64,000 nucleotides of DNA from Helicobacter pylori PMSS1 (GCA_945883785.1 CAMCYD010000003.1:1325-65324), one strand, 5' to 3'; shown: positions 1-10,575, counted from the stretch's first letter. Numbers and translations: made by a program. The notes: generated by a model from the letters alone, not told the origin.

Positions 1-845
1 TTGCTTTGAAAATTCATACAAATATTACAGGGGATCATCTTGACTATCATAAAACTATGGAAGAATATATAGCTACAAAAAATTCATTTTTCCAAGATGA
101 TACACCAAAACTTATCAACAAAGATGATAAAAATGTAAAATTCAAACTTAAGAATGCTTATTCATATGGACTTGACAATCCAGCAACATACAAAGTACAA
201 GCTTTCACTTTTAAAGATGGTACAGATGTTGTGGTACAGTATTTTGGTGAGTTATTTTCTTTTCAAAGTGATATGAGAGGAACTTTTAATGTTTACAATC
301 TTACTGCTGCTTTGGCAGCTGTGCATATTTTGACTAAAGTAGAACTATCTAAAATATGTGAAGTTGTTGAAAATTTTGCAGGGGTAAGTGGACGAATGGA
401 AACTATCTCATTTGAGCCTTATATCATAGTTGATTTTGCCCATACACCTGATGGGATGAGAGCTATTTTTGAAAGTTTTAAAGATAAAAATATTATCACT
501 GTTTTTGGAGCTGGTGGAGATAGAGATAGATTGAAGCGACCACTTATGGGTGCTATGGCTGATGAATATTCAAAGGTTATTTTTCTCACAAGTGATAATC
601 CACGAACAGAGGACCCAGATGTTATCAATGATGAGATACTAGCTGGGATAAAAAATAAAGAAAAATGTGAAGTGGAACTCAATAGAAAACTAGCTATCGC
701 AAATAGTATCAAAAAAGCAAAAGAGATACCAAATAGTGTAGTTTTAGTTTTGGGAAAAGGGGATGAAGAGTACCAAATCGTGTATGATAAAAAATTCCCA
801 TTTAATGATAAAAAGGTTATTTTAGAGCTACTAGAGGATAAGTAA
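1..845 (+). CDS. murE: UDP-N-acetylmuramoyl-L-alanyl-D-glutamate--2,6-diaminopimelate ligase (MurE), C-terminal part; 5' end lies left of the window
   Basis: The reading frame is open to position 1. Mur-ligase motifs DFAHTPDG, GAGGDRDRLKRPLMG and TSDNPRTEDP are present in ORF 6..845. Confidence 0.9.
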   Translation, partial: ALKIHTNITGDHLDYHKTMEEYIATKNSFFQDDTPKLINKDDKNVKFKLKNAYSYGLDNPATYKVQAFTFKDGTDVVVQYFGELFSFQSDMRGTFNVYNLTAALAAVHILTKVELSKICEVVENFAGVSGRMETISFEPYIIVDFAHTPDGMRAIFESFKDKNIITVFGAGGDRDRLKRPLMGAMADEYSKVIFLTSDNPRTEDPDVINDEILAGIKNKEKCEVELNRKLAIANSIKKAKEIPNSVVLVLGKGDEEYQIVYDKKFPFNDKKVILELLEDK

Positions 846-1013
846 AACAAATTTTTCTAAAAAGAGGTGTTACTTATTTTCCTACTATAAATGAAAAATG
901 AAATGAAACTCTTTTTATTTATAAGATATTAATCTATCTTTGCTATTATCACAAAATTTCACAAAAAGTACGAAAAAGTTACAAATTAAAAAAAGAAACA
1001 AAAGGATTGTTAG

Positions 1014-1379
1014 ATGCAAATGCCACAAATACCACAACCAACATATTATATATTTAAGTGTGAGCAAAGTTCACCTCCAGGAATGCCAAAACCATCGTGT
1101 GTCAATGGTGAAACACAAGGTTTATTTAATTATATTGGGATGAGTTTAATGCAAAAAGGACTTATGGGTCCAGTGCAACTTATCAGAACAAGCTGTTTAG
1201 GGAGATGTCAACAAGGTCCAGTAATGCTTGTTGTTGGACAAAATGAAAGATTTATGTATTCAAATCTTACAAATGAAAAAATAGATAGAATACTTGATGA
1301 ACATATCAAAGGTGGAAAACCAGTGGATGAGTATTTAATACCTGAACAATTTTGGGGTGAGCCACTAGAGATTAAATAG
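1014..1379 (+). CDS. thioredoxin-like [2Fe-2S] ferredoxin family protein
   Basis: 121 aa with four Cys (FKC, PSC, SCLGRC) and a GPVMLV stretch typical of this fold. AAGGA lies 8 nt upstream of the ATG. Confidence 0.65.
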   Translation: MQMPQIPQPTYYIFKCEQSSPPGMPKPSCVNGETQGLFNYIGMSLMQKGLMGPVQLIRTSCLGRCQQGPVMLVVGQNERFMYSNLTNEKIDRILDEHIKGGKPVDEYLIPEQFWGEPLEIK

Positions 1380-1500
1380 ATTTTACGAAATCTTCTGATT
1401 TCGCTTTGGGAAGTGATTTTTTATTGGATTTTATTCAATAAAAAATGAAAAATTATGGAGGTGGTTCCCTTCATTTTTGATACAAAAATTAAGGAAAACG

Positions 1501-1881
1501 ATGAATATTGATATGCTGTATAGCAAAATTCACAGAGCTACTGTAACGGATGCAAATTTGCATTATGTTGGTTCTATCACTATTGATGAAGATTTGCTGG
1601 ATGCTTCAAAACTTCGAGTTGGTCAAAAAGTGGAGATAGTGAATATCAACAATGGGGAGAGATTTTCAACTTATACTATAAAAGGTAAAAGGGGAAGTCG
1701 TGATATGTGCCTTAATGGTGCAGCTGCTAGAAAAGTGGAAATAGGGGATAAAATTATCGTTATCGCTTATGCTTCATACAATGAAGAAGATTTAAAAACT
1801 TATAAACCAATAGTTGTTCATGTTAATGAAAAAAATAATATTTTAGATATCACAAATGAACTTTTGGGGAGTGATGAATAA
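1501..1881 (+). CDS. panD: aspartate 1-decarboxylase proenzyme
   Basis: [29 protein letters not shown] includes the Gly-Ser self-cleavage site. The internal ATG at 1501 follows AAGGAA, so it is preferred over the ORF start at 1477. Confidence 0.9.
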   Translation: MNIDMLYSKIHRATVTDANLHYVGSITIDEDLLDASKLRVGQKVEIVNINNGERFSTYTIKGKRGSRDMCLNGAAARKVEIGDKIIVIAYASYNEEDLKTYKPIVVHVNEKNNILDITNELLGSDE

Positions 1882-2186
1882 TGCTTGATTTAAAAAATCT
1901 AAATCTTGGTGACTTAATGGGGCAAGTGCAAGAGATGGCTGAAAAAGCAAAAGAGGATGAGGCTAGCAAAATATTTACTTCAAAAATGGGTGGAGGGATG
2001 ATTGAACTCTCTATCAATGGCAATAGTGAAGTGATAGACCTTAAAATTGATGATAGCCTTATGGACGATAAAGATTCTTTAAAAATATTACTTATAAGTG
2101 CTATGAATGATGTCATAAAACAAGCCGATGAAAACAAAAAAACAATGGCTATGAATATGATGGGTGGATTAAATCTTTTTAAATAA
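1881..2186 (+). CDS. ybaB: YbaB/EbfC family nucleoid-associated protein
   Basis: 101 aa with family-typical GQVQEMAEK...GGGMIELSINGNSEVIDLKID. The start overlaps the panD stop (TAATG). Confidence 0.85.
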   Translation: MLDLKNLNLGDLMGQVQEMAEKAKEDEASKIFTSKMGGGMIELSINGNSEVIDLKIDDSLMDDKDSLKILLISAMNDVIKQADENKKTMAMNMMGGLNLFK

Positions 2187-2204
2187 GCGAGAAAGCGAGA
2201 AAAA

Positions 2205-3077
2205 ATGAAAAATGAAAAGTTATTGACTCTGTTTGAAGAATATTTACTTCATAATCTCCCTATATCTAAAACTTTTCATCCTATTTTTCAAGATGCCTTA
2301 CAAGATATGCTTAAAGCTGGGGGAAAAAGATTTCGTCCAATGCTTTTGCTTTCTCTTGTAAATAGTATCAATCCACTTCTTTTAAAAAATGCCCTTCCTG
2401 TAGCACTTGCTATAGAATTTTTACACACATATTCACTTATCCACGATGATTTACCAGCAATGGATAATGCAGATTTAAGAAGAGGGCATCCCACATTACA
2501 CAAATCATTTGATGAAGTGACTGCCATTTTAGTAGGTGATGCACTCAATACCCACTCTTTTAACTTACTTGCAAATGCACCTCTGAGTAGCGATGTAAAA
2601 ATTGAGCTTATCAAAGCATTGAGCAGTGATGGTGGGATAGATGGGATGATTATTGGTCAAGCGATTGATTGTTATTTTGAAAATAAAATCCTTCCATTGG
2701 AAAAGTTAGAATTTCTCCATATCCATAAAACAGCAAAATTGATAGCCACAAGTCTTAAAATGGGTGGGATAATTGTAGGGCTTGAGGATGAAACGATACA
2801 AAAATTATATGATTTTGGTATTGATATTGGACTTTTATTTCAAATTCAAGATGATATTATCGATGAGACAGCTACAGCTCTTGAAGCTGGAAAAACAACT
2901 TCAAATGATGGAGTAAAAAACTCTTTTGTCAATCTTTTAGGTCTCGAAGGTGCTATACAAAGTGCAGATAGTTTGGCTTTAAAATGTGAAGAAGATATAA
3001 ATAATTTTGAATTCAATATAAAAGAAAGTCTTTTGAAAATATTGAGTAAATATCTTTATAGGCACAAAAATATATAA
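2205..3077 (+). CDS. ispA: polyprenyl (farnesyl/geranyl) diphosphate synthase
   Basis: Both Asp-rich motifs are present: LIHDDLPAMDNADLRRG and FQIQDDIID. Confidence 0.85.
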   Translation: MKNEKLLTLFEEYLLHNLPISKTFHPIFQDALQDMLKAGGKRFRPMLLLSLVNSINPLLLKNALPVALAIEFLHTYSLIHDDLPAMDNADLRRGHPTLHKSFDEVTAILVGDALNTHSFNLLANAPLSSDVKIELIKALSSDGGIDGMIIGQAIDCYFENKILPLEKLEFLHIHKTAKLIATSLKMGGIIVGLEDETIQKLYDFGIDIGLLFQIQDDIIDETATALEAGKTTSNDGVKNSFVNLLGLEGAIQSADSLALKCEEDINNFEFNIKESLLKILSKYLYRHKNI

Positions 3078-3090
3078 AAAGATTAGAGTA

Positions 3091-3110
3091 TTCCAAGCTT
3101 TCGCTTGGAA
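3091..3110. terminator. 8-bp hairpin between convergent ispA and leuC (possible bidirectional terminator)
   Basis: TTCCAAGC-TTTC-GCTTGGAA forms a perfect stem. Only weak T/A runs flank it. Confidence 0.45.
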
Positions 3111-3121
3111 AGGAAAAGTTG

Positions 3122-4405
3122 TTAGATAATAGTTAAGGGATCAGTAATATATCCACTAATCGCACTCGCTGCTGCAACTGCACTATTTGAAAGATATACT
3201 TTTGAGGTTCTGCTTCCCATTCGTCCTACAAAATTCCTATTTGTTGTGGAAATACAAACTTCATTATCCCCTAAAATTCCCATATACCCACCCAAACATG
3301 CTCCACAAGTTGGATTACTTACAACGGCGCCTGCGTCTATAAGAATATCAATATAACCAAATTTCGTAGCCTCTCTAAGGATTTTTTGAGTTCCCGGAGT
3401 TACTATCATCCTTACATGTTGTGCTACTTTTTTTCCATTTAATATCTCTGATGCAACTTTCAAATCGCTCAATCTTCCATTCGTACAGCTTCCAATAAAT
3501 ACTTGATCAACTCTTATGTTATCAGCTACCGCTTTGCTCATACTGTGACCATTTTCTGGTAAAAATGGGTAAGCGATAACCGATTCTAAATTGGCTACAT
3601 CAATTTCTAAAACTTGACAATATGTAGCATCTTTATCACTATAATGAATTTTTGGTTCACTTCGCAAACTCCCATTTGCCTCCGCTCTTTGTTCCAAAAA
3701 CTCTTTAGTCACATCATCATAAGCTACGATTCCAGATTTTGCTCCAGCTTCGATAGCCATATTACAAAGTGCAAATCTATCATCCATCGTAAGGTATGGA
3801 ATTGTATCTCCAGTAAATTCTAAAGTTTTGTATAAAGCACCATCAACACCAATCATTCGGATAATCTCTAAAATTAAATCTTTTCCAGTTACAAATTTTC
3901 TTGGTTTCCCACTAAATACAACTTTGATGGATTCTGGAACTTTAAACCAGTTTCCGCCAGTCACCATAGCAAATGCTAAATCTGTACTGCCCATACCTGT
4001 AGAAAATGCCCCTAAAGCCCCATGCGTACAAGTGTGACTATCGGCTCCAATGATGACATCTCCTGGGATTACAAGCCCTTTTTCAGGTAAAAGTGCATGC
4101 TCTATCCCCATATCTTTTTCATCAAAAAAGTGTTTTAAATTATGTTTTGTAGCGAAATCTCTACTGATTCTTGCTTGATTTGCACTTGCTATATCTTTTG
4201 CTGGGATGAAGTGGTCAAGGACGATACAAAATCCATCTGGATTTGCTAGTTTTACAGCACCACTATCTTCAAAGGCGTGAATAGAAATAGGAGTTGTGAT
4301 ATCATTTCCTATTACCATATCGATTGGACTTCTTACGATTTGTCCTGCAAATACTTTCTCACCAACATGTTCGCTAAAAATTTTTTCTGTTATTGTTTGG
4401 CCCAT
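3122..4405 (-). CDS. leuC: 3-isopropylmalate dehydratase large subunit (aconitase-family, short LeuC/HacA type)
   Basis: 427 aa with aconitase-family motifs IGADSHTCTHGALGAF, FIGSCTNGR and NRNFVGRMG. No leuD is adjacent. Confidence 0.85.
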   Translation of the reverse strand: MGQTITEKIFSEHVGEKVFAGQIVRSPIDMVIGNDITTPISIHAFEDSGAVKLANPDGFCIVLDHFIPAKDIASANQARISRDFATKHNLKHFFDEKDMGIEHALLPEKGLVIPGDVIIGADSHTCTHGALGAFSTGMGSTDLAFAMVTGGNWFKVPESIKVVFSGKPRKFVTGKDLILEIIRMIGVDGALYKTLEFTGDTIPYLTMDDRFALCNMAIEAGAKSGIVAYDDVTKEFLEQRAEANGSLRSEPKIHYSDKDATYCQVLEIDVANLESVIAYPFLPENGHSMSKAVADNIRVDQVFIGSCTNGRLSDLKVASEILNGKKVAQHVRMIVTPGTQKILREATKFGYIDILIDAGAVVSNPTCGACLGGYMGILGDNEVCISTTNRNFVGRMGSRTSKVYLSNSAVAAASAISGYITDPLTII

Positions 4406-4440
4406 ACTATTTTCTCTTTTTATTTTTTAGATTTTCGCGG

Positions 4441-4449
4441 ATTATAACA
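4441..4449 (-). promoter_or_regulatory. candidate extended -10 promoter element for leuC
   Basis: The minus strand reads TGTTATAAT (TGnTATAAT), about 36 nt upstream of the leuC ATG. Confidence 0.35.
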
Positions 4450-4583
4450 AATCTTACCTAAATGAAAAAAGATTTATCTTTCTTTATCGCTTCAATAATG
4501 AAGCAAATCCGAATTCTAAATTCCTCTAATGAATTAAACTCCAACAATAGTTTCATCTAAAGCACCATTATTATATTGAAAAA

Positions 4584-6248
4584 CTATTTGTTCAGTATCT
4601 CCATAAACTCTTTTGGATTTTTGTACCCAACGATTCGTTTATTTGGAAGTTCTTGCCCATCTTTATCAAAAAATATTAAGGCTGGTGGTCCAAATACCCC
4701 AAATCTTTTCATCAACTCTTTATCATCAGCTGTATTGTGTGTCACATCCACTTTTAAAAGTACATACCCAGTTGTCATTGCCTCTTTTACAGTCTCATCT
4801 GCATAAGTTATTTTTTCTAACTCTTTACAACTCACACACCAAGAAGCCCAGAAATCAACAATAACAGGCTTATCTGTCGTTTTAAGTATCTCATCTAGTT
4901 CGGCTGATGTTTTGATGTATTGAAAAGTTATCTCACCACCACTTTTTACTGTAGCACTTAAATATCCTGCATATCCACCTATAACTATCAACAATCCAGC
5001 GATAATTTTTCCAACTTTATTACCATTTTTGAAAAGGTAATAAGCACTTCCAAAACAAAGGAGTGCATACAATCCAAAAGTAACCATCTCAGGTAACAAT
5101 CTATCAAGCATAAAGATAGCTAGTGCTAACATCACCACACCAAATGCTTTTGATACAGTTTCCATCCATCCACCAGGTTTTGGCATATATTTTCCTGCCC
5201 CTGCACCAACTAATAAAAGTGGCATCCCAAGACCCAAACTCATCACAAATAAAGCAAGCCCACCAAGAACTGCATCACCTGTTTGACCGATATACATCAA
5301 AGCTCCAGCAAGTGGTGGAGCAACACAAGGTCCAACGATAAGTGCTGATAAAAATCCCATAACAGCGACACCTGCTACCCCTTGATTTTTACTGCCACCT
5401 GTTAGGCTATTGATTTTATTTTGAAAACTTTGTGGGAGTTCAAGGGAATAATATCCAAAAAGTGAAAAAGCAAGTGCTACAAACACTCCAGAAAATATTA
5501 CCAAAACTACTGGATTTTGAAGCATCGCTTGGATATTTGCCCCAAATACTCCTGCCATTACCCCAGCAATCGTATAGGCTGCACTCATAGAAAGAACATA
5601 CACTAAAGAGAGTAAAAAACCTTTTTTAGCAGACATTTTTCCACCATCTTGATTTAAATGTTGCACTATGATACTTGAAAGGATAGGTACCATTGGGAAG
5701 ATACAAGGAGTTAGCGAGAGTAAAAGCCCAAATCCAAAAAATGTTGCAAGTATCAAAAAGATATTTCCACCAGATAAGATATCCGCAATCGAACTTGTTT
5801 CATCTTTTGATTCGTTTGATGGAACTTTTGGTTCCTCTTTTGCAACTGCCCCAAAACTTCCAGAATAACTATTTGAAAGTGGTGCATAACAAAGCCCATC
5901 AACAGAACACCCTTGATAATTAAAAGTAACCGTATAAGGATTTTCTCCACCAACCTCTTTTATCATCGCTTTAGGGACAGAGATAATAAACTCACCCATA
6001 TGAACAATAAAACCATCATGGTCTATTGGTTTTTTCGTAAATACTTTTTTTGTAACATTTATTTTGTTAATAAGTACTTCAACTTTATCATCGTAAAGAT
6101 AGATAGTTTTATCAAGTTTTACATTGATATCTATATTACCTGCTATTTCAGTGATATTTACCACAAAAGCTTTCTCGGGTTCTAAAAAACCATCATCACT
6201 CGCAAGTAGTGAAATTAATAGTAAAAGAAAAGAAAAAATCCATTTCAT
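4584..6248 (-). CDS. dsbD: thiol:disulfide interchange protein DsbD (protein-disulfide reductase)
   Basis: 554 aa with a signal peptide and an N-terminal periplasmic domain. The multi-TM core carries conserved Cys (TPCIFPMVP, GPCVAPP). The C-terminal thioredoxin domain has WASWCVSCK. Confidence 0.9.
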   Translation of the reverse strand: MKWIFSFLLLLISLLASDDGFLEPEKAFVVNITEIAGNIDINVKLDKTIYLYDDKVEVLINKINVTKKVFTKKPIDHDGFIVHMGEFIISVPKAMIKEVGGENPYTVTFNYQGCSVDGLCYAPLSNSYSGSFGAVAKEEPKVPSNESKDETSSIADILSGGNIFLILATFFGFGLLLSLTPCIFPMVPILSSIIVQHLNQDGGKMSAKKGFLLSLVYVLSMSAAYTIAGVMAGVFGANIQAMLQNPVVLVIFSGVFVALAFSLFGYYSLELPQSFQNKINSLTGGSKNQGVAGVAVMGFLSALIVGPCVAPPLAGALMYIGQTGDAVLGGLALFVMSLGLGMPLLLVGAGAGKYMPKPGGWMETVSKAFGVVMLALAIFMLDRLLPEMVTFGLYALLCFGSAYYLFKNGNKVGKIIAGLLIVIGGYAGYLSATVKSGGEITFQYIKTSAELDEILKTTDKPVIVDFWASWCVSCKELEKITYADETVKEAMTTGYVLLKVDVTHNTADDKELMKRFGVFGPPALIFFDKDGQELPNKRIVGYKNPKEFMEILNK

Positions 6249-6686
6249 ATAGCCATTCCTTGTATTGATATAAGAGATGATTATAGCTATTCAATGCTTA
6301 ATTTTAAAAAACTTTTATGCCAAACTGAGTTTCTAGACAAATCTGATGAACCAAATTAGTGAAACTGGACAGGTATTTCTTTACTGTGCGAATTCGCCAA
6401 ATATAAATTCTACTGATTTGGATAAATTAGTCAGTCATTGTTGTAGCTTAATTTAAGCTTTATTTTGCTTTAGTATTGCTATATTTCTAAAATTAGTGTC
6501 CAAGTTAGTCCGATTCTTGCATTTGCGTAGAGAGGTATGGTTTAAACTATATTTTTATTGATTTATTGTTATGTGTTTCGGGAATGTAGGTTTGAATGGA
6601 ATGGTACAATGTGGTGAAACTTGACAAGTAATATTTATGAATCTATAGTATTAATCAGCTTCATCAATTCCGCATAATTTTTTCAT

Positions 6687-7751
6687 TTATTTTCCTAATG
6701 CCCATTCGTAAAATGGAACTATTTGAGCTTCAACTGAATCTATATAAATGCTATCAAAATTGCTAATAGTTACTATTGTAATTTTATTTATAGTATATTC
6801 TTCAATATATTGCAAGACTTTTGGGAGAATCCGTGAAATAACATTACTATTGTAGAAAGGTAAGCTCATAACAATACTATTATTGTACGGCGTATAAAAG
6901 TCAACATAATCTAAATAATATATTGGTTGATTTTGACTGAATAGTTCTAAAAATATCATATTTGAAAAAAGATTTGCAAAGTTCTTTTTATAACTTACAA
7001 TATCAATAAGGGCAAAATTAAAACAAAATATTTTTTTCACAGCTTTAGGCTGATTGAATTTTTCACAAAAAATAATTGTATGATTATTTTCTAACTCTTT
7101 AATAATTTTATAGAAAAAGTCTTTTGAGATTTTAATATTCTTTTTAAGTATATTAAAAAGCCAAAATGGAGATTTTAATTCGCCTGAAGATTTTATAAAT
7201 AATCGTAAAATTTCAATCACATTTGAATTAGTATCATACAATTTTATGAGCTCTTTATTTCTAGTTGTTTTTTTATAATCTTTAAAATCAATAATTTCTG
7301 GACTATTGCCATATTTCAAAAAACTATTAAAACTATTAGTCGCGTTTTGGTGTTTTACATCAAACAATACAAATTCTTCAAAATCAAGAGGCATCACTTT
7401 TAAAGGGGTAAAATTATCTAAAGATATAAGATAAATATTTGATAAGATTACTATGTCGGTTTTTGGAATTGGGAAACCGTTTTGATAATTTTCAATTACA
7501 CAAATCTTTATTTTATTGTTAAGGATAAAAGATTGTAAATTAAAGAGTTCTTCTTTCTCATATCTAAAATCATCCAAATCTATATAAAGATACTCATCAC
7601 TAATATCATTCAAAAAAGAATAAATAATAGATGTTTTTCCTGAAAGTTTTGGACCATATAAAAAAGTATATTTTTGATTAATAGTTATTTTTCTATCAAG
7701 CAATGCAGGAAAATTTATTTTATTTTCGTAAAGGGTTTCTAAAATATTCAT
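6687..7751 (-). CDS. AAA_14/DUF4143-type ATP-binding protein
   Basis: Contains a Walker A-like GPKLSGKTS and a Walker B-like CVIEN. The family-typical landmarks MPLDFEEF and FLKYGNSPE are also present. Hand counts of sample lines are more AT-rich than the neighbouring ribosomal genes. Confidence 0.65.
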   Translation of the reverse strand: MNILETLYENKINFPALLDRKITINQKYTFLYGPKLSGKTSIIYSFLNDISDEYLYIDLDDFRYEKEELFNLQSFILNNKIKICVIENYQNGFPIPKTDIVILSNIYLISLDNFTPLKVMPLDFEEFVLFDVKHQNATNSFNSFLKYGNSPEIIDFKDYKKTTRNKELIKLYDTNSNVIEILRLFIKSSGELKSPFWLFNILKKNIKISKDFFYKIIKELENNHTIIFCEKFNQPKAVKKIFCFNFALIDIVSYKKNFANLFSNMIFLELFSQNQPIYYLDYVDFYTPYNNSIVMSLPFYNSNVISRILPKVLQYIEEYTINKITIVTISNFDSIYIDSVEAQIVPFYEWALGK

Positions 7752-7832
7752 GCAGTATTCTATTATTTTCCTTTTTAAAAGGAAATAAATTTACAATAAA
7801 CACTAAAAATAGTGTTAAAATCAATATAAATT

Positions 7833-7861
7833 ATTGACATTGATAATGTTTTTTGCTAAAA
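7833..7861 (+). promoter_or_regulatory. sigma70-type promoter of the S10 ribosomal protein operon
   Basis: TTGACA (7833-7838), a 17-nt spacer ending in TGC, then TAAAAT (7856-7861). It sits 67 nt upstream of the rpsJ ATG. Confidence 0.6.
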
Positions 7862-7928
7862 TCCCATCTCATACATAAGTTCAGGGTTGTATTAAAATAA
7901 TGCCTGACGAGTTCTTTAAAGGAAAAAA

Positions 7929-8243
7929 ATGGAAAAAATAAGATTAAAGCTTAAAGCTTATGATCACAGAGTTTTAGATCGTTCTGTTGCTTCAATTATT
8001 GAGGCTGTAAAAAGAACAGGAGCTGAATTAGTAGGACCGATTCCAATCCCTACAAAATTCAGAAGATATACTGTTATAAAATCGCCACATGTTAATAAAT
8101 CAAGCAGAGAGCAATTCGAAATTCGAATTCATGCAAGAATTATTGATATAGTATCTGCAACACCAGATACTATCGATTCGTTAATGAAACTTGATCTTGC
8201 ACCAGAAGTGGATGTAGAAGTAAGATCAATGGGTAAAGAGTAG
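7929..8243 (+). CDS. rpsJ: 30S ribosomal protein S10
   Basis: [14 protein letters not shown]...PIPLPTK-like sequence, and first gene of the conserved S10 operon. Confidence 0.97.
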   Translation: MEKIRLKLKAYDHRVLDRSVASIIEAVKRTGAELVGPIPIPTKFRRYTVIKSPHVNKSSREQFEIRIHARIIDIVSATPDTIDSLMKLDLAPEVDVEVRSMGKE

Positions 8244-8253
8244 GAGGTAATAG

Positions 8254-8826
8254 ATGGAATTTATTGTAGAAAAAATCGGAATGAGTAGAACTATTGCAGT
8301 ACCTTCAATACCTGTTACATTAGTAAGAGTATTAGATACTAAAGTTTGTGAAGTAAATGATGGTGTAGCTATCGTTGCTTATAGTAGTGGTAAGAAATTT
8401 AACAAAGCTATCGAAGGACAACAAAAAAAATATAACATCTCAAAAGAGTTTAATAGATTTGCAACTATGCCAGTTGTAAATACTGAAGCTGGAGATCTTG
8501 ATAGTTCTTTATTGGTTGAGGGTGTAGTTGTTAAAAGTACATTTAAAACTAAAGGTAGAGGATTTACAGGTGTTGTAAAAAGATGGAACTTTGCTGGTGG
8601 TAGAGGTTCTCATGGACACAGAATGGGTAGAAGAACAGGTTCAATTGGAAACTGTGAATGGCCTGGACGTGTACAACCAGGTAAGAAAATGCCAGGACAA
8701 TATGGTAATGAAACAATTACACATAAAAACAACATAGTTTCTTTTGATAAAGAGACTGGAATTTTAGTTCTTAAGGGATCAGTTGCTGGTGCAAACGGTT
8801 CATTAGGTAAAGTAAGGATAGCATAA
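8254..8826 (+). CDS. rplC: 50S ribosomal protein L3
   Basis: Sequence ([17 protein letters not shown]) and operon position. Confidence 0.97.
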   Translation: MEFIVEKIGMSRTIAVPSIPVTLVRVLDTKVCEVNDGVAIVAYSSGKKFNKAIEGQQKKYNISKEFNRFATMPVVNTEAGDLDSSLLVEGVVVKSTFKTKGRGFTGVVKRWNFAGGRGSHGHRMGRRTGSIGNCEWPGRVQPGKKMPGQYGNETITHKNNIVSFDKETGILVLKGSVAGANGSLGKVRIA

Positions 8827-9431
8827 TGTCTAAATTAGTAGTACTAAATGATAAATTTGAAGCAAATGGTGAAATAGTTTTACCAGAAAAGTTTCAAAAT
8901 ATTAATTCACACAATTTACATTTATTTGTAAAGTCATATTTGGCATCTTTGAGATCTAATACGGCTAGAGTTAAAAATAGAAGTGAAGTAAGTGGTGGTG
9001 GTAAAAAACCTAAATCACAAAAAGGAAGTGGAGCGGCTAGATGGGGTTCTAAAAGATCACCTTTATTCGTTGGCGGTGGACAAGTTTTCGGACCAAGTGA
9101 AAGAAACTATAAGCAAAAAATAAATAAAAAACAAAAAGTTTTAGCACTTAATTATGCAATTAATGCTCAAGCTGAAAAAGGATGTTTGTTTGTTGTTGAT
9201 TCTATAAAAGTAGAGTCTGCTAAAACTAAAGATGCGGCTGCAATAGTTAATAAAATAAACAAAAGAGATGTTTTAATAGTTGTTGAGAATTTTGATGACA
9301 ATACATATCTTGCATTTAGAAATATTAAAAATTGTTATGTGATAGAAAAATCAGAATTAAATGCTTATGCAATAGCTGCTTTTCACTCAATATTGATTGA
9401 AAAAGCTGTAGTTGACAGCTTAATAGCTTAA
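8826..9431 (+). CDS. rplD: 50S ribosomal protein L4
   Basis: Sequence ([19 protein letters not shown]) and operon position. Confidence 0.95.
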   Translation: MSKLVVLNDKFEANGEIVLPEKFQNINSHNLHLFVKSYLASLRSNTARVKNRSEVSGGGKKPKSQKGSGAARWGSKRSPLFVGGGQVFGPSERNYKQKINKKQKVLALNYAINAQAEKGCLFVVDSIKVESAKTKDAAAIVNKINKRDVLIVVENFDDNTYLAFRNIKNCYVIEKSELNAYAIAAFHSILIEKAVVDSLIA

Positions 9432-9446
9432 GAAGAAGGGTAAAAT

Positions 9447-9728
9447 ATGGCAGATATTACAGATATCAAATCGATCCTTTATACAGAAAAAACAATAGCA
9501 CTTCAAGAAAATGGAGTGATTGTTGTTCAGACTAGTCCTAAAATGACTAAAAATGGATTAAAAGAGGTATTTAAAGAGTATTTTGGAGTAACACCTACAA
9601 ATGTAAATTCTTTAAGACAAAAAGGTAAAGTTAAAAGATTTAAAGGAAGAATTGGCTCACGTCCAGACTTCAAAAAATTCTATGTTACACTACCAGACGG
9701 CGCTCAAATAGCGAACCTATCGGCATAA
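9447..9728 (+). CDS. rplW: 50S ribosomal protein L23
   Basis: 93 aa at the operon position between rplD and rplB. Confidence 0.94.
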   Translation: MADITDIKSILYTEKTIALQENGVIVVQTSPKMTKNGLKEVFKEYFGVTPTNVNSLRQKGKVKRFKGRIGSRPDFKKFYVTLPDGAQIANLSA

Positions 9729-9738
9729 GGAAGTAGAA

Positions 9739-10566
9739 ATGGCAATTAAAAAATTTAGACCAATTACACCTGCAAGAAGATTTATGAGTGTTATGGACAC
9801 TTCTGATATTACTTCTAAACCTACAGTGAAATCGCTACTTGTAAAAGTTAAAGCTGCTGCTGGTAGAAATAACAACGGAAGAATCACAAGCAGACATAGA
9901 GAAGCTGGTGCAAAAAAACAATATAGAATAATAGATTTCAAAAGAAATAAGTTTGATATTCCAGGTACAGTAACTACTGTTGAATACGACCCATACAGAA
10001 ACTGTAGAATTTGTCTTGTTACATATGTTGATGGTGACAAAAGATATATTTTACAAGCAAGTGGTATGAAAGTTGGAGATAGTATTCAATCAGCAATTAG
10101 TGGACTTGACATCAAATCAGGTAATGCTATGCAACTTATGAGTATCCCTGTTGGTACAATGGTTCATAATATTGAAATGAGTCCAGGACATGGTGGGCAA
10201 ATCGCAAGATCTGCTGGTGGATATGCTCAAGTTATGGGTAGAGAAGACAAATATGTAATTATGAGACTTCCTAGTGGTGAGATGAGAAAAATTCTTGGTG
10301 TTTGTATGGCAACTGTTGGTATAGTAGGTAATGAAGATTATTCTAATATGGTAATAGGTAAAGCTGGTCGTGCTAGACATATGGGAATTAGACCACAAAC
10401 AAGAGGATCTGCAATGAACCCAATCGATCACCCACATGGTGGAGGTGAAGGTAAAACTGGTCCAGGTAGACATCCTGTTACTCCATGGGGTATGCCAACT
10501 AAAGGTTATAAAACTAGAAAGAAAAAATCTAGCGATAGACTAATTATCTCAAAAAGAAAGAAATAA
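9739..10566 (+). CDS. rplB: 50S ribosomal protein L2
   Basis: [14 protein letters not shown]...HPHGGGEGK. Confidence 0.98.
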   Translation: MAIKKFRPITPARRFMSVMDTSDITSKPTVKSLLVKVKAAAGRNNNGRITSRHREAGAKKQYRIIDFKRNKFDIPGTVTTVEYDPYRNCRICLVTYVDGDKRYILQASGMKVGDSIQSAISGLDIKSGNAMQLMSIPVGTMVHNIEMSPGHGGQIARSAGGYAQVMGREDKYVIMRLPSGEMRKILGVCMATVGIVGNEDYSNMVIGKAGRARHMGIRPQTRGSAMNPIDHPHGGGEGKTGPGRHPVTPWGMPTKGYKTRKKKSSDRLIISKRKK

Positions 10567-10575
10567 GGGTAAATA

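Noticed and set aside
6346-6456. 36-codon plus-strand ORF (MNQISETGQVFLYCANSPNINSTDLDKLVSHCCSLI) in the dsbD-ATPase spacer.
   Set aside because: It has no SD and I recognise no similarity. It is too short to call, so it is kept only as part of the unexplained-spacer finding.
9717-10473. Minus-strand ORFs 9717..10040 and 10117..10473. Similar antisense ORFs occur inside murE, leuC, dsbD, rpsE, secY, rpoB, rpoC, tuf, the secretin gene and others.
   Set aside because: All lie fully inside strongly supported genes on the opposite strand, have low-complexity or Ser/Ile/Phe-rich translations, and lack SD sequences. These are typical shadow ORFs in AT-rich DNA.
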